A DNA stretch of 64,000 bases from a virus (taxonomy: Duplodnaviria > Caudoviricetes), in IMG/VR virus record IMGVR_UViG_2030936005_000025, positions 64,001-128,000 of that record. The stretch is one strand, 5' to 3'. Position 1 is the stretch's first letter. Each line of letters opens with the position of its first letter. The position numbers and the translations under genes are program-made. The notes beneath the pieces are model-generated. The model ran no database searches. It was not told where the DNA came from and was given only the letters and a program-made list of their open reading frames with translations. Shown piece by piece: positions 38,608-48,832 of the stretch.

Positions 38608-41469
38608 ATGACCACCAATACTCAACAGTTACCTAATGGGTATAAACCTGTTGACAAAACGAAGATAAAAGGAAGGCTTAAGAATCTCTCTCCTTTAGAT
38701 CAAGGTTTACGTTCTTTATTAGTGAAAGATCCTGAAACTAAAAGCGAACGTCAGATCGAGGAAAAGAGTAAGCCTCCCCTTTCGAAAGTCAAGAGTATCT
38801 CTGACATAATCAGTAATAATATCCAGGCCACTACTGACCTGCGCACAATTACTCATTATATCAAACGCGCGGAACAGATCTGGACGACTCTGTTGATGAA
38901 GCCGAATGGGGATCAGCGTCAGTTATTGATTTATGACACTGAGAGTTCTGAGGTAAAGAACGGTAAACTGCACGAACTGTTATTACAGAAAGTGGAGAAC
39001 TACTTTACAACAAAATTCCCCTTCGAAGAGATGGCTCCTCAAATTATTAAAGATGTCCTTTTCCGTACCGGTTCATACGTTTATGTGAACATGAGCCACG
39101 CGGTTTTGGACCACTTGATCAACGGTATGGAGATCGTTGGGACAGAGTCATTTAAGCAAAACACTGACTATATCTTGGGTCAGCATTTTGTTGAAAAGAA
39201 CTGGAAGAAGGCACGTAACATTGGTTTCATTCGTGAGAAGAAGAAAGAAACTCATGCAATGGAAGGTTTGGAATCTCTCTACGGTGGAGCGATTCAACGT
39301 GACCCTGAATACAATCTGGTTCATGCTGATTTAAACTGGACCTTTACTGATAACCCAGTAGTACTGAAGGTTGGTGAACTTGCCCAGGTTATGCGTGAAG
39401 AACGCCTGAAGAATGCAGCGGGTATGGAGGGTCTTAACTCTGCCATTAACAATGTGTTCAAAAAGGAAAAGGGTAAACGTCACAAGGCTAACAACAACCA
39501 CATTAATGCACCAGACCGTAAAGGGTTATCGGAAGCATTGGCTGAGTTGTATCCCAACCGCAACTATAACCAAATGGAATCTCTGTCTGTTCGTAAAGGC
39601 AAGTTCTATACGGGTAATGGTCGCGGTATTGGTATCGGACAACACTGGCCTTCTGAGTCGTGCATCACGGTTAACTTGAACGGTGAAATTGGTAAACCTT
39701 TCGGTGTGATTCTGTTAACGGATCCTGACACTGGTTCTCCATTGAAAACCGTCAGTGATGTTAAGTTCTATCAGACCGCCAAAGAGAACGGCGTTCAGAA
39801 AGGTCCTGCCGTTAACTCTATCAACGACGTTATCCAGCATATCCGTACGGTTGCCTCAGGCGGTGAATGTACTGAAGACATGGCCTGGATGGCTGAGTTT
39901 GCTTCTGCTACATTAGAGAAAGAATTCATCCAGGGTTTCCTCAACGGTGATCTTCAAAAGGATGTTTCTATCTCACTGACTGAAGAGAACAAGAAGCTGT
40001 TCTTGTCTCGTGCTCTGAAGTCTCAAGGTGTGCGTGCAATCTTCGTTCCTTATGAATATGTGACTTACGTCGCAACAGACTTTAACCGTTTAGGTTCTGG
40101 TCGTTCATTGGTTGATGAAGCGAAACTCCACATCACTCGTTTGGCGGTATTGGACACAGCAAGTGCATTGGCACAGGTTGAGAACTCTATCTCTCATACT
40201 CTCTTGGAGATTACCCCGGAAGAGGAAGATGTAGACATTCGTAACACGGTCTCCTTGATTCGTGATGAATGGTTCTCAGGCAACCCAACCTTGCATGATA
40301 TCCTGGGTTACAACAACGTTTCTATCGATGCGATCTTGGACCGTTTTAAAGAACAGTCCGTGACCGTTAAAGTCAATGCCTCGAATAACCCTCATACGGT
40401 TAACACAGAGGTTACCGCTTCTCAAATGGAGCGTGAACCATTGAAGTCTATCGACCCAGAATCACGTGAAACCTTATTGAATACCGTTGCTGGTTTCTTT
40501 GGTTTAAAACGTAGCTGGTTAGAGGACACCGGTGAAGGTAATGACTTTGCGATTGAAGCATTAGCCGATCAGGAACTGCTTCGTAACCAGACCAACGAAT
40601 ACTCTCGTCAGTTCTCTGGCTTCTTTACTGATATCATGCGCAAACACATGCGTGTCAATGAGCCATTAATTGGTGAATTGGTCGACATCATTAAAGAGAA
40701 CAAAACACTTTATGAGAAACCTGACCAGACAGGTAACTTAGAAGTGAAAGAAGATACTGCTGAGAAGATCAATAAGTCTGGCGATGACGATACCGAAGTT
40801 GATGATCTTGAACAGATTGAATTGGTCTTGAAAGACTTCTTGAATACGTTCTATGTTCTTCTGCCTACTCCAGCTATTACCGATTCACTGGTGAAACTGG
40901 AAGACAAGATTGAAGCCGTTGAGAAACTGGTTGAGTCTTGGGTGAACTTGGGTGGCGGTTCTAAGATGCTGAAACGTCGTGCAGAGGAAGCAGGTCTTGT
41001 TGGAGACGATATCGTTGAGAACATGAAAGCTATCCTTCTGAATGAAGCCTTTGAACGCTTCAACTTACCAATGCCATTCGAAGCTATCTTGAACAAAGGT
41101 AAGACTGGCGGTATGATGACGTACATCAACAAGGCTGTTGATTTGGATAGTAACGTGTTGGCGTTCTTGACTGAGTGGGCTAAGGGCATTGAGAAGAATA
41201 GCAATAAAGCCACTAAGCTTAAAGAGCGTGTTGACAAAGCTAACTCACCGGATGACTTAGATGCTCTGCCAGCAGGTGATCCTGACCTTACCGGTGATGC
41301 TTCATTGACCCCTGAAAACGAGGAGATCATTGAAGAACCTAATGGTAGTGAAGAGGTTAAGAGTTTCGATGAGAATGATGAGGCAGCGCAAGCTCAGCAA
41401 TCAGAACTCAATGACGAAACTAAACCTGAAGGTGGTGACGACATCTGGGCTGAACCACCTACAGAGTAA
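38608..41469 (+). CDS. Portal protein (phiKZ gp129-like)
   Basis: Size 953 aa, position between MCP/nvRNAP block and fibres, acidic C-tail, AMEGLES/AGMEG protease-type motifs. Confidence 0.7.
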   Translation: MTTNTQQLPNGYKPVDKTKIKGRLKNLSPLDQGLRSLLVKDPETKSERQIEEKSKPPLSKVKSISDIISNNIQATTDLRTITHYIKRAEQIWTTLLMKPNGDQRQLLIYDTESSEVKNGKLHELLLQKVENYFTTKFPFEEMAPQIIKDVLFRTGSYVYVNMSHAVLDHLINGMEIVGTESFKQNTDYILGQHFVEKNWKKARNIGFIREKKKETHAMEGLESLYGGAIQRDPEYNLVHADLNWTFTDNPVVLKVGELAQVMREERLKNAAGMEGLNSAINNVFKKEKGKRHKANNNHINAPDRKGLSEALAELYPNRNYNQMESLSVRKGKFYTGNGRGIGIGQHWPSESCITVNLNGEIGKPFGVILLTDPDTGSPLKTVSDVKFYQTAKENGVQKGPAVNSINDVIQHIRTVASGGECTEDMAWMAEFASATLEKEFIQGFLNGDLQKDVSISLTEENKKLFLSRALKSQGVRAIFVPYEYVTYVATDFNRLGSGRSLVDEAKLHITRLAVLDTASALAQVENSISHTLLEITPEEEDVDIRNTVSLIRDEWFSGNPTLHDILGYNNVSIDAILDRFKEQSVTVKVNASNNPHTVNTEVTASQMEREPLKSIDPESRETLLNTVAGFFGLKRSWLEDTGEGNDFAIEALADQELLRNQTNEYSRQFSGFFTDIMRKHMRVNEPLIGELVDIIKENKTLYEKPDQTGNLEVKEDTAEKINKSGDDDTEVDDLEQIELVLKDFLNTFYVLLPTPAITDSLVKLEDKIEAVEKLVESWVNLGGGSKMLKRRAEEAGLVGDDIVENMKAILLNEAFERFNLPMPFEAILNKGKTGGMMTYINKAVDLDSNVLAFLTEWAKGIEKNSNKATKLKERVDKANSPDDLDALPAGDPDLTGDASLTPENEEIIEEPNGSEEVKSFDENDEAAQAQQSELNDETKPEGGDDIWAEPPTE

Positions 41470-41494
41470 ACAAAAAAAATAAAGTATAGTGAAA

Positions 41495-41522
41495 CCCTAC
41501 TCACCCATTTGGGTGAGTAGGG
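41495..41522. terminator. Bidirectional terminator at convergent junction
   Basis: ccctactcaccc-attt-gggtgagtaggg. Confidence 0.75.
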
Positions 41523-41528
41523 AATTAC

Positions 41529-42059
41529 TTATGCTTCTTCAGCCAGCACTTCAACGTCAACTGTTGCCAGTTTACCTTTGATGGTGTTCAGGATGCTGTC
41601 GCGCGCAAAGGCAGAACCAACGAATGCTACGTTTGCAGACAGGCTGGTTGCAACCAGTGCGACACCTTCGTGACCGTTAACCTGAGGAACATAGTCAACA
41701 GCAGCGCGTACACCAGAACCTACTACAGCAGCTGCCAGACCCACGCCTGCGATTTCCAGAACAGAATACTGTTTGGCATCGTCACCATGAACGCTTTTCT
41801 CCAGCAGGTTGTTTACCACCATGTCGCCAGTTGACATGATCGCAGACATTGCGCCAGCAGCAGCGATATTGATCCAATCACGTTTGCCAGCTGCTTTCTT
41901 CGCAGCGTTCAGTTTGTCACCTTTGATAACTTCCTGAACCAGCGCGTCAGCTTCTGCTTCTACAGCAGCTTTCTGTTCTGCAGTCAGTACAACTTCTGCA
42001 CCTTCGATTGCAGTGATTTCTTCAGCGGTGTTCTGAGCAGCAGTGTTTACGTTTTTCAT
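41529..42059 (-). CDS. Ala-rich hydrophobic protein, 176 aa
   Basis: AAGGA RBS; codon usage resembles the highly expressed MCP gene; 2-3 hydrophobic helices. Confidence 0.75.
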   Translation of the reverse strand: MKNVNTAAQNTAEEITAIEGAEVVLTAEQKAAVEAEADALVQEVIKGDKLNAAKKAAGKRDWINIAAAGAMSAIMSTGDMVVNNLLEKSVHGDDAKQYSVLEIAGVGLAAAVVGSGVRAAVDYVPQVNGHEGVALVATSLSANVAFVGSAFARDSILNTIKGKLATVDVEVLAEEA

Positions 42060-42127
42060 AATTTAATCCTTACTAAGTTTAGGAGAGTTCAAGCATTAGG
42101 AATTAATACTTGTTGTTTATACACTTA

Positions 42128-42146
42128 AATTATATATGTCTGAAAT
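42128..42146 (-). promoter_or_regulatory. Putative promoter motif, degenerate copy
   Basis: aattatatatgtctgaaat aligns with gataatatctgtctg. Confidence 0.4.
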
Positions 42147-42169
42147 TTCTTGTAACTGAAATCTGAGCC

Positions 42170-42925
42170 TTATTTCATACCGTCAATAGGCGTAGGTAAA
42201 TCATACTGAGGTTTGTTATGGTTAATAATGGAGTTCATCAACCGGATAACAGAGATGGTATAACCACGGAAAACGTGCCAGTAACCATCCTGAAGGAATA
42301 ATGCAATTCCCCAGTTACTGCTGAACATGGTTTTTTCGATGTTCTCTACCGCATCGACATATGTGCTGTAGAGGTAATCGCTTTCATCTCGCAACTTGAT
42401 TTGGCTGCTACCTTGACGTTTGGCGACGATATCGAAGATACGGCTAAGTTCTCGGATATCGGTATTCTCCATACCTTCAATCTCTAAGTTAGCTTGTTCC
42501 AGTAAAGAAGGACGAGAATGAAGATACTTCTGCTCAAACTCTTTGGCAGAGAAACCTTCTAGTTTCATTCCTTCTTTTAATGGAATAGCTGCATTGAGAA
42601 TCTCAAGCAGAAACGGTATAGATTTATTCCCACCAAACGCCGCCAACATTCCGGCTTCTTCAACCCAAGTGAATGGATGTTTTCCATCGTTGATGCGAAT
42701 GGATTCCATAAGTTGTTCTACCGCACATTTTGCCGTAGTGTTTAACTTTGAACCCTTAAGTATCACACCTTTAATTTCAACTGGAGGGAATTGTTTACAC
42801 CGTTCAATCTGTGCCTGAGTTGGTTGATTGAAATCATGGGGTTGTTGGGTGCGAGTAGAAACAAAGCTTTCGCTGAACTTAGGAAAGTTGCGGTTCCACG
42901 CATAAGCACGAGGGCGTTTAGACAT
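42170..42925 (-). CDS. Hypothetical protein, 251 aa
   Basis: AAGGA RBS. Confidence 0.75.
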   Translation of the reverse strand: MSKRPRAYAWNRNFPKFSESFVSTRTQQPHDFNQPTQAQIERCKQFPPVEIKGVILKGSKLNTTAKCAVEQLMESIRINDGKHPFTWVEEAGMLAAFGGNKSIPFLLEILNAAIPLKEGMKLEGFSAKEFEQKYLHSRPSLLEQANLEIEGMENTDIRELSRIFDIVAKRQGSSQIKLRDESDYLYSTYVDAVENIEKTMFSSNWGIALFLQDGYWHVFRGYTISVIRLMNSIINHNKPQYDLPTPIDGMK

Positions 42926-42934
42926 TTTTTATCC

Positions 42935-43366
42935 TTAACGATAAGTAACCAGTGAACGTTCTTGATTAGAGAACGCGTGTCGAATTAAACGACGCAGATC
43001 GTCGGTTGTGAAATTACGCAGCTGTAAGGTCTTTCCTTTATTAGAAGACATTAACTTACTACGGTCCAACCGCCATTCCAGAAAACGTTGTACTTCGGGT
43101 GAGGAGGTATCCTGCACCATAAGACGAACTTTCCCACCTACCTTGTTAATTCCTTTCAACAGGATGTGATGTTTCTCACATTCCCCATTCACCACCAACT
43201 CAAACACCTCCTCTTCTTTTATGTCATCCAGCGCGCCCAACCCCAAGTCCTTGCTTAACGCAACACGTGCGATGTTCAGCTTTGCTGTCATCTGCAACAT
43301 CTCACTCAGTGGCAGTTCAGATTTGGTTTTAGCCGGAACGAAGATAGAAGTAGTGATCTTTTTCAT
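42935..43366 (-). CDS. Hypothetical protein, 143 aa
   Basis: AGGA RBS. Confidence 0.7.
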   Translation of the reverse strand: MKKITTSIFVPAKTKSELPLSEMLQMTAKLNIARVALSKDLGLGALDDIKEEEVFELVVNGECEKHHILLKGINKVGGKVRLMVQDTSSPEVQRFLEWRLDRSKLMSSNKGKTLQLRNFTTDDLRRLIRHAFSNQERSLVTYR

Positions 43367-43487
43367 TAATGCTTTTCCTAAGGTATAATTAGACTGTGTG
43401 TAAAAGCCTGTAAGCGGCTTTTGCTATATAAAGGATACATATTCCTTCTATATAATAAAAGGCGCTCTGTGAGCGATACAGCAGCAA

Positions 43488-43515
43488 AGAGAGTCCACCC
43501 GAAGGCAGACTCTCT
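43488..43515 (-). terminator. UUCG-loop hairpin downstream of 43555-45927
   Basis: agagagtc-cacc-cgaa-ggca-gactctct. Confidence 0.55.
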
Positions 43516-43554
43516 AGGTTAACTTAATTCATGAATTAACTTAGTTGCTACTGA

Positions 43555-45927
43555 TTACTCACAGACAGGGACTGGGTGAACATAGTCCTCAAATGTTGAT
43601 ACTGCGCGTAATACGAATACGCCTTCAGGATCAAATCCAGAACGAGTCAGAGCCCAAACCTTGTTGCCTTCATCTTTACGGAATTTCACCAACACCTGCG
43701 GATACTCTTTGAAGTGACGTGCGCCAACTTCAATAGCTTTCCGAACTATCGCGAATAGTTTAGGGTCGATTGATTCTTTAATATACACTGCTTCAAGAGC
43801 ATGAGGACCATTCTCTTTAATCAGGTTGATGAATACACTGTCACGCTTGAAAATGATCTTGCGTTTAGCATCGTTCATCATGACGGCACGAGAAACTTCA
43901 TCTTCATTCTTGTACAGTTCTTCAAACTCTTTACGAGTCTCTTCTTTATCTACGATGATTTCAATACCGTTACGGATAAAGTCGTTAGAACCATAGTTCA
44001 TGAAAGCACGCAGAGTTGGGTGATCACGATCGCTCATCCACTGTACGAGTTCTTCCAGATCTTCAAAGATGTTGCGTACACGAAGATATTCGGCAGACAG
44101 GTCATCTTTGTCTTCTGCATAACCACGAACTTCAACCAACCAACGGTTGACCAGGTTAGTCAGATAAGACTGAACGAAAGAAGTAAACTCTTCATCGTTG
44201 TGTTCACGACATACACCACGCAGGTGACGGATGACTTGTGCAGTATCAGTCTTGTCCTGAGTATTGCCACGAACCATCAGCTTGAACTGAGAATAGAACT
44301 GATCAACATCAGTCGCTTCATCCAGGGTCCACTGACGCGTATTTGCCATCGGTAATACAAATGCATCTAACTGAGACTTTGGATCGTGCGCAGCTGTGTG
44401 AGCATTGATACGATTCAGAGTGTTTTCGTTACCCAGGTTAGCTTTCATCGGAGAGCTGCCAACTAACAGATCTGGCATCTTGTCCAATGTCTTCATTTCT
44501 TCCATCGGTACAACATAACCGTCACGGACGAATGCAGAGGTTTCCATGTCTTTCGGATCGAAAGTGGTTTTCTGGACACCGTTGTCTTCATACATATACG
44601 GCAGTAATAAGGATGGGTCACTAAGCAGTTCTTGCATGTGTCGAACTTCCGATCCATCATAATCAATGAAACGATATGCGAAGGTACCGTGTTGCCAATC
44701 GAAACGATAGACAGCCAGTTTACCCAGCACGTTGGTGTCGCGCATGTGGAAGGTAGAACCGTCTTCCAGATTAAACGCTTTGGTAATGCTATTCAGATGA
44801 TAACGATGAAGGATATACCAGCCAGTTCCAGGAACTTCGCTTGCATAGTCGTTCAGGTTATACTGATGACGGTTACCGGCATTGATATCTTCGATGTTCA
44901 GCTTAGGACGATCAAAGTTATCATAGCTCGGGACATCGATAAGATTATGCTGTACAGGTGTGTAGCCAGTTTCCAAAGCTTTCTGTTTATTACGTGCCAC
45001 CTGCTGCGCCAACCAGGCATTAGCTTCAGCCATTCCTTGGTTGTTACCACTGATCGCATTGCTATTAATATCAAACATGTTTCCAGCCATACCCATATCG
45101 GTTACGGATTGGACATCCAGCAATGGATTGTGTAGCGTGGTGTTTTCAACAATAGAGGACAACTTACCTTTACTATACGGACATTCCAATCCCGAGAATA
45201 CATAGCGTTCCAAGACCTGCTGGAAAATCGGATCTTCTCGTTTAGACAGCTCGGACTTAGCCAGCGGCGATAAACGATGGAACTGCTCTTGGTGATGAGA
45301 AAGGTGATCCAGGAATTGCAGAGTGATAATGTCAATACAAGATTTATAGAACAGATCTTGCATGATTGGACCTGGTTGACGAATTGCTTCGTTGCCAGAC
45401 ATTAACTGCCACGCAATTACAGAACCCAGCTGAATACCTGCCTGACCGACGATAAAGTTGTGAAGCGCTTGACGACTATCAATGTCGTTGACAAAAGCTT
45501 CCATGACTGGATCATGTTTACCACCTCGCAGCGGAGACTTGAAACGTTCCAGCGCATTACGCCATTGTTGATACATAAAGTTATTAGTACGGCGATGCAT
45601 ACAGATTTGAACAACCTGATAAGCAACCATACCACCTTCAGTCAATGCTTGAGCTTTAATCTGCTCATCATTAACTTCGCCATCCAGACCAATCAATGCG
45701 GCATAGTTAGTGCCAGATGGCCCATAGCTATACAGCGATGCCATGCTGTTGTTAGGAGTGTTAAGGTTTGTCGCATAACGACCCACAGAAGCGGCAATCA
45801 TTGCCAGCGGGTTTTGCTGTTGTTGCATGCCCTGCTGTTGCTGCTGAGGTTGTTGTGGATTCATTCCATTGTTCATGCCCGCGGTCTGACGGCCTCTCAG
45901 AACTTGCGCTTGGTTGCCATTCATCAT
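43555..45927 (-). CDS. Large non-annotated protein, 790 aa, with Q/N/M-rich N-terminus
   Basis: Directly downstream of the nvRNAP subunit; no recognised domain. Confidence 0.8.
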   Translation of the reverse strand: MMNGNQAQVLRGRQTAGMNNGMNPQQPQQQQQGMQQQQNPLAMIAASVGRYATNLNTPNNSMASLYSYGPSGTNYAALIGLDGEVNDEQIKAQALTEGGMVAYQVVQICMHRRTNNFMYQQWRNALERFKSPLRGGKHDPVMEAFVNDIDSRQALHNFIVGQAGIQLGSVIAWQLMSGNEAIRQPGPIMQDLFYKSCIDIITLQFLDHLSHHQEQFHRLSPLAKSELSKREDPIFQQVLERYVFSGLECPYSKGKLSSIVENTTLHNPLLDVQSVTDMGMAGNMFDINSNAISGNNQGMAEANAWLAQQVARNKQKALETGYTPVQHNLIDVPSYDNFDRPKLNIEDINAGNRHQYNLNDYASEVPGTGWYILHRYHLNSITKAFNLEDGSTFHMRDTNVLGKLAVYRFDWQHGTFAYRFIDYDGSEVRHMQELLSDPSLLLPYMYEDNGVQKTTFDPKDMETSAFVRDGYVVPMEEMKTLDKMPDLLVGSSPMKANLGNENTLNRINAHTAAHDPKSQLDAFVLPMANTRQWTLDEATDVDQFYSQFKLMVRGNTQDKTDTAQVIRHLRGVCREHNDEEFTSFVQSYLTNLVNRWLVEVRGYAEDKDDLSAEYLRVRNIFEDLEELVQWMSDRDHPTLRAFMNYGSNDFIRNGIEIIVDKEETRKEFEELYKNEDEVSRAVMMNDAKRKIIFKRDSVFINLIKENGPHALEAVYIKESIDPKLFAIVRKAIEVGARHFKEYPQVLVKFRKDEGNKVWALTRSGFDPEGVFVLRAVSTFEDYVHPVPVCE

Positions 45928-45932
45928 CTTTA

Positions 45933-47624
45933 TTAACTCTCTCTAAACTTAAGTCTACGTTTGGTTGCTTCGAACAAAGGACGATCTTCCGTACGCAGAG
46001 CAGTGTACTTACCTTGCACTAAGTGAACACGAGGCTGGAGCATTCCACGACCATCCGGATTCGGCTTACTTGCATACTGATAAGACACCACAAATGGCTG
46101 CGATGGATGAATCACACTACCAGGATGGTTGGGATCAAAATCTTCTTTCTTTCTACCAGGTCCGCGGTTAACCGTGGATTTGGTTTGAAGGATGATACCC
46201 AGACCAAAGTCGATAAGTGGATTATCAGTACCGGTCTGTTCGAGAATCGTGTTGTTTTCACGTACCGATTTATCAATGTTAAACAAACGGAAGTGAGTAT
46301 CCAGTTCGCGATTGATAATCTTCGGCGTGATATTACTTTTGTTACGAATCATGAAGCGGAAGTCATTTGCCTGATGAATCAGGAAGTCCACCAAGAATTC
46401 CATAGAGGCCAGTTCTTTATGTAACATGTCTGCCGGATCATACAGTTTGATCAGAGAAGAATAGTTCAGCATCAAATAGTTAAACAGGTCATATGTCGAA
46501 CTGATGTTGATGTCGAACTTGTTATACTTCTCAACCGTGATGTTATCTGCCATTTCCTCAATACTGGTGAAATGCTCATTCATTTGACGCAGATAAACAC
46601 TCGGATCAGTGCGCTGTGGAAGTCGAATAGAACAACGTCCAATAATCAGTCGCCAATAATCGATATCGTCTAAACGACGTACATCGAGTTCATGACTGAA
46701 TACCCCAAACATAAACAACAGCCCGCCAGCATATTGTAATGCGAGGTTACTGATCTCTCCACCTTTATTACGGCTCTTGATCGCTAACGCAGGTTCTGCC
46801 AACAGTGGCGTTCCCTTTGGACGGTCAAAGGCTTTTGGATGGATCGCACCGGTGTTACTCATGACCTGCCACCCTTCAGACTCTGGACAGATATCCAACA
46901 GTGTGTCAAGTGTATCGATCACATAGTCACATTCCGCAAATTCTTTCATGCAATGGCCAAAACCATATTTGCCAAATACATACCACGCCAGTAATGGGAT
47001 CGGAACTTTCTTACTGGTGATCTTGCGATCATTCTTGGAGTTCATGAAACGGTTTGCAGGTAACGTCATGTTCACTGCGCTGGTATTGATATTACCGCCG
47101 TTTCGATAAACACGGTTGAACGTGTGAATTTCTTTTGTGACTTTAAACTTATAACCCAGTACACGAATGAAGATAGTTTTATCACGAGAACCGTCCACAG
47201 AAGGACCGCGCTCAGATAGAACATACTGCAAGTTATATGTACTGTTACGGGTTAAGATGTCGCCGTGCTTGTTGGTATAAGCCAGGAACATCAATGGACT
47301 TTTCAGTTCAGATTCAACACCTGTAACGGGATCCTTGAAATGGTTAATCATCCTTACACCAAAGAAACTGTTCTTCGCGATCTCGAAGTCTTTCGTTCCA
47401 CTGCTGCTAGAACGTGTGATCAGATTATAAAACTCAATCGGATCAACTTCTTCTAAGCGATCAAAGATATAACCCTTCTCACGCAGAGATCTGAACATGT
47501 TCGAATACGCCTCATTTAAGTGAGGTATGATTCGATCCATGTCTTTCTTGTGCCACCCTTCGACCAGCTCCTGAGTAAAACTTCCCCTTTGTTCTTTAAG
47601 AACTTTGAGTACTTGCGGATCCAT
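45933..47624 (-). CDS. Non-virion RNA polymerase beta-like subunit (phiKZ gp123 homolog)
   Basis: IPLLAWYVFGKYG, YWRLIIG, C-terminal IHPS...NPDGRG match gp123 as recalled; position downstream of MCP. Confidence 0.85.
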   Translation of the reverse strand: MDPQVLKVLKEQRGSFTQELVEGWHKKDMDRIIPHLNEAYSNMFRSLREKGYIFDRLEEVDPIEFYNLITRSSSSGTKDFEIAKNSFFGVRMINHFKDPVTGVESELKSPLMFLAYTNKHGDILTRNSTYNLQYVLSERGPSVDGSRDKTIFIRVLGYKFKVTKEIHTFNRVYRNGGNINTSAVNMTLPANRFMNSKNDRKITSKKVPIPLLAWYVFGKYGFGHCMKEFAECDYVIDTLDTLLDICPESEGWQVMSNTGAIHPKAFDRPKGTPLLAEPALAIKSRNKGGEISNLALQYAGGLLFMFGVFSHELDVRRLDDIDYWRLIIGRCSIRLPQRTDPSVYLRQMNEHFTSIEEMADNITVEKYNKFDINISSTYDLFNYLMLNYSSLIKLYDPADMLHKELASMEFLVDFLIHQANDFRFMIRNKSNITPKIINRELDTHFRLFNIDKSVRENNTILEQTGTDNPLIDFGLGIILQTKSTVNRGPGRKKEDFDPNHPGSVIHPSQPFVVSYQYASKPNPDGRGMLQPRVHLVQGKYTALRTEDRPLFEATKRRLKFRES

Positions 47625-47637
47625 TTCTTCTCCTAAA

Positions 47638-48723
47638 CTAAATTATTTTCAAGAACTGCATAAATGTCACGATCGATTTTAGATTACCTACGATTCCCTG
47701 TATCAGGCGGTGTGCGCCACTTACATAATCATCAGCTCGGTATTCTTTCAATTTTTCTAATGAAATTGTCTGTTTGAAATCACTATGCGCCCTATTGATT
47801 TTCTCGATGTTAATCTTCAACTCAAGATCGTCAACTTTCGACACGAGTTTCTTTTGTTCTACTTTGAGGTCTTTCGTTTCTTTCTTTAATTTGTCATTCT
47901 CGGACATAACCGAGGTAGTAAATTCTCCCGTAGAATGCTTCTTCGCATCCCGTTCAGTATAATGTAGATTAAACCCTAAGAGCTTCTTAGGATCGAGTAG
48001 GTCTTCAATAGGAATAAATTGTTGATGCTGTAGTCTCAGTCCACCGGCTAAGTATAGCCCGTCTTGTTGCTCCTCATCTTGCACTGCTATGATTTTAGTT
48101 AGACTACCGAAACCGGAAGTCCAGAGTGTACCGATTCGATTGTGACTATCAATCAGTCTGGCAGAGAACAGAGTTCGGATACCCTTGTCTGTATAACCGT
48201 CAGCTTCATGATCAATCTCTTCGAGTTCTTTACTGATCTGATCACGAATATAACCAATCGGATTGTCACCATGCGACTTCTCAACCAGGTTAGTGGTTTC
48301 GCGGATGGTAATCCCCAGAAGGTTAGATTTGTGAGTGGTACGATATTCCAAGAAGTCGAAATGCATTTCCACCTGGACAGTCAATCGCGTTTGATCTGTC
48401 TCGGAAGAATAAGGCGTAACACGCTTACGCATTGCTTCTACTTTTTCTTTATACTCAATCAGGAAATCCTGATCGCATTTAAGCTGGGACTCAACCGTCG
48501 GAACGGTAACTCGTCTTGGATCAACCAATCGAGTAACCCGCACAATGACCTTACCACGATCTTCCAATCGCTCAGGTCTTCCCTCTTGTCTCAATAACTC
48601 CATCTCAACACCCAACCGGTCAGTGATAATAATATCATGACTGGTATAGTTGAAATATTCGATACCTTCGACAAGTGGTGCTCTCCGAGACGGTGACCAG
48701 CAATCGCCAGTTACTGTACTCAT
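47638..48723 (-). CDS. Conserved phage protein with C-terminal coiled coil (start revised to MSTVTGD at 48723)
   Basis: AGGAG RBS; lies between MCP and gp123 homolog as in phiKZ. Confidence 0.7.
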   Translation of the reverse strand: MSTVTGDCWSPSRRAPLVEGIEYFNYTSHDIIITDRLGVEMELLRQEGRPERLEDRGKVIVRVTRLVDPRRVTVPTVESQLKCDQDFLIEYKEKVEAMRKRVTPYSSETDQTRLTVQVEMHFDFLEYRTTHKSNLLGITIRETTNLVEKSHGDNPIGYIRDQISKELEEIDHEADGYTDKGIRTLFSARLIDSHNRIGTLWTSGFGSLTKIIAVQDEEQQDGLYLAGGLRLQHQQFIPIEDLLDPKKLLGFNLHYTERDAKKHSTGEFTTSVMSENDKLKKETKDLKVEQKKLVSKVDDLELKINIEKINRAHSDFKQTISLEKLKEYRADDYVSGAHRLIQGIVGNLKSIVTFMQFLKII

Positions 48724-48776
48724 AATGCTCCTAAATATTTCTTGCAAGAAATAACTTCTGTACTACTATTCTAGAT

Positions 48777-48795
48777 GATAATATTTGCCTGAAAA
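48777..48795 (-). promoter_or_regulatory. Putative phage promoter motif, copy 3
   Basis: gataatatttgcctgaaaa just downstream of the MCP terminator, upstream of the operon containing the nvRNAP subunit. Confidence 0.55.
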
Positions 48796-48832
48796 TGTTT
48801 AAGGATGAATTTTCCAATAGACAGCAAAAACC

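Noticed and set aside
43380-43555. Possible tRNA in the hairpin cluster
   Set aside because: No cloverleaf, T-loop GTTC consensus or CCA end could be assembled
43801-45936. Antisense ORFs of 158-184 aa opposite the 790-aa gene
   Set aside because: Fully nested on the opposite strand, with no initiation signals or domain features
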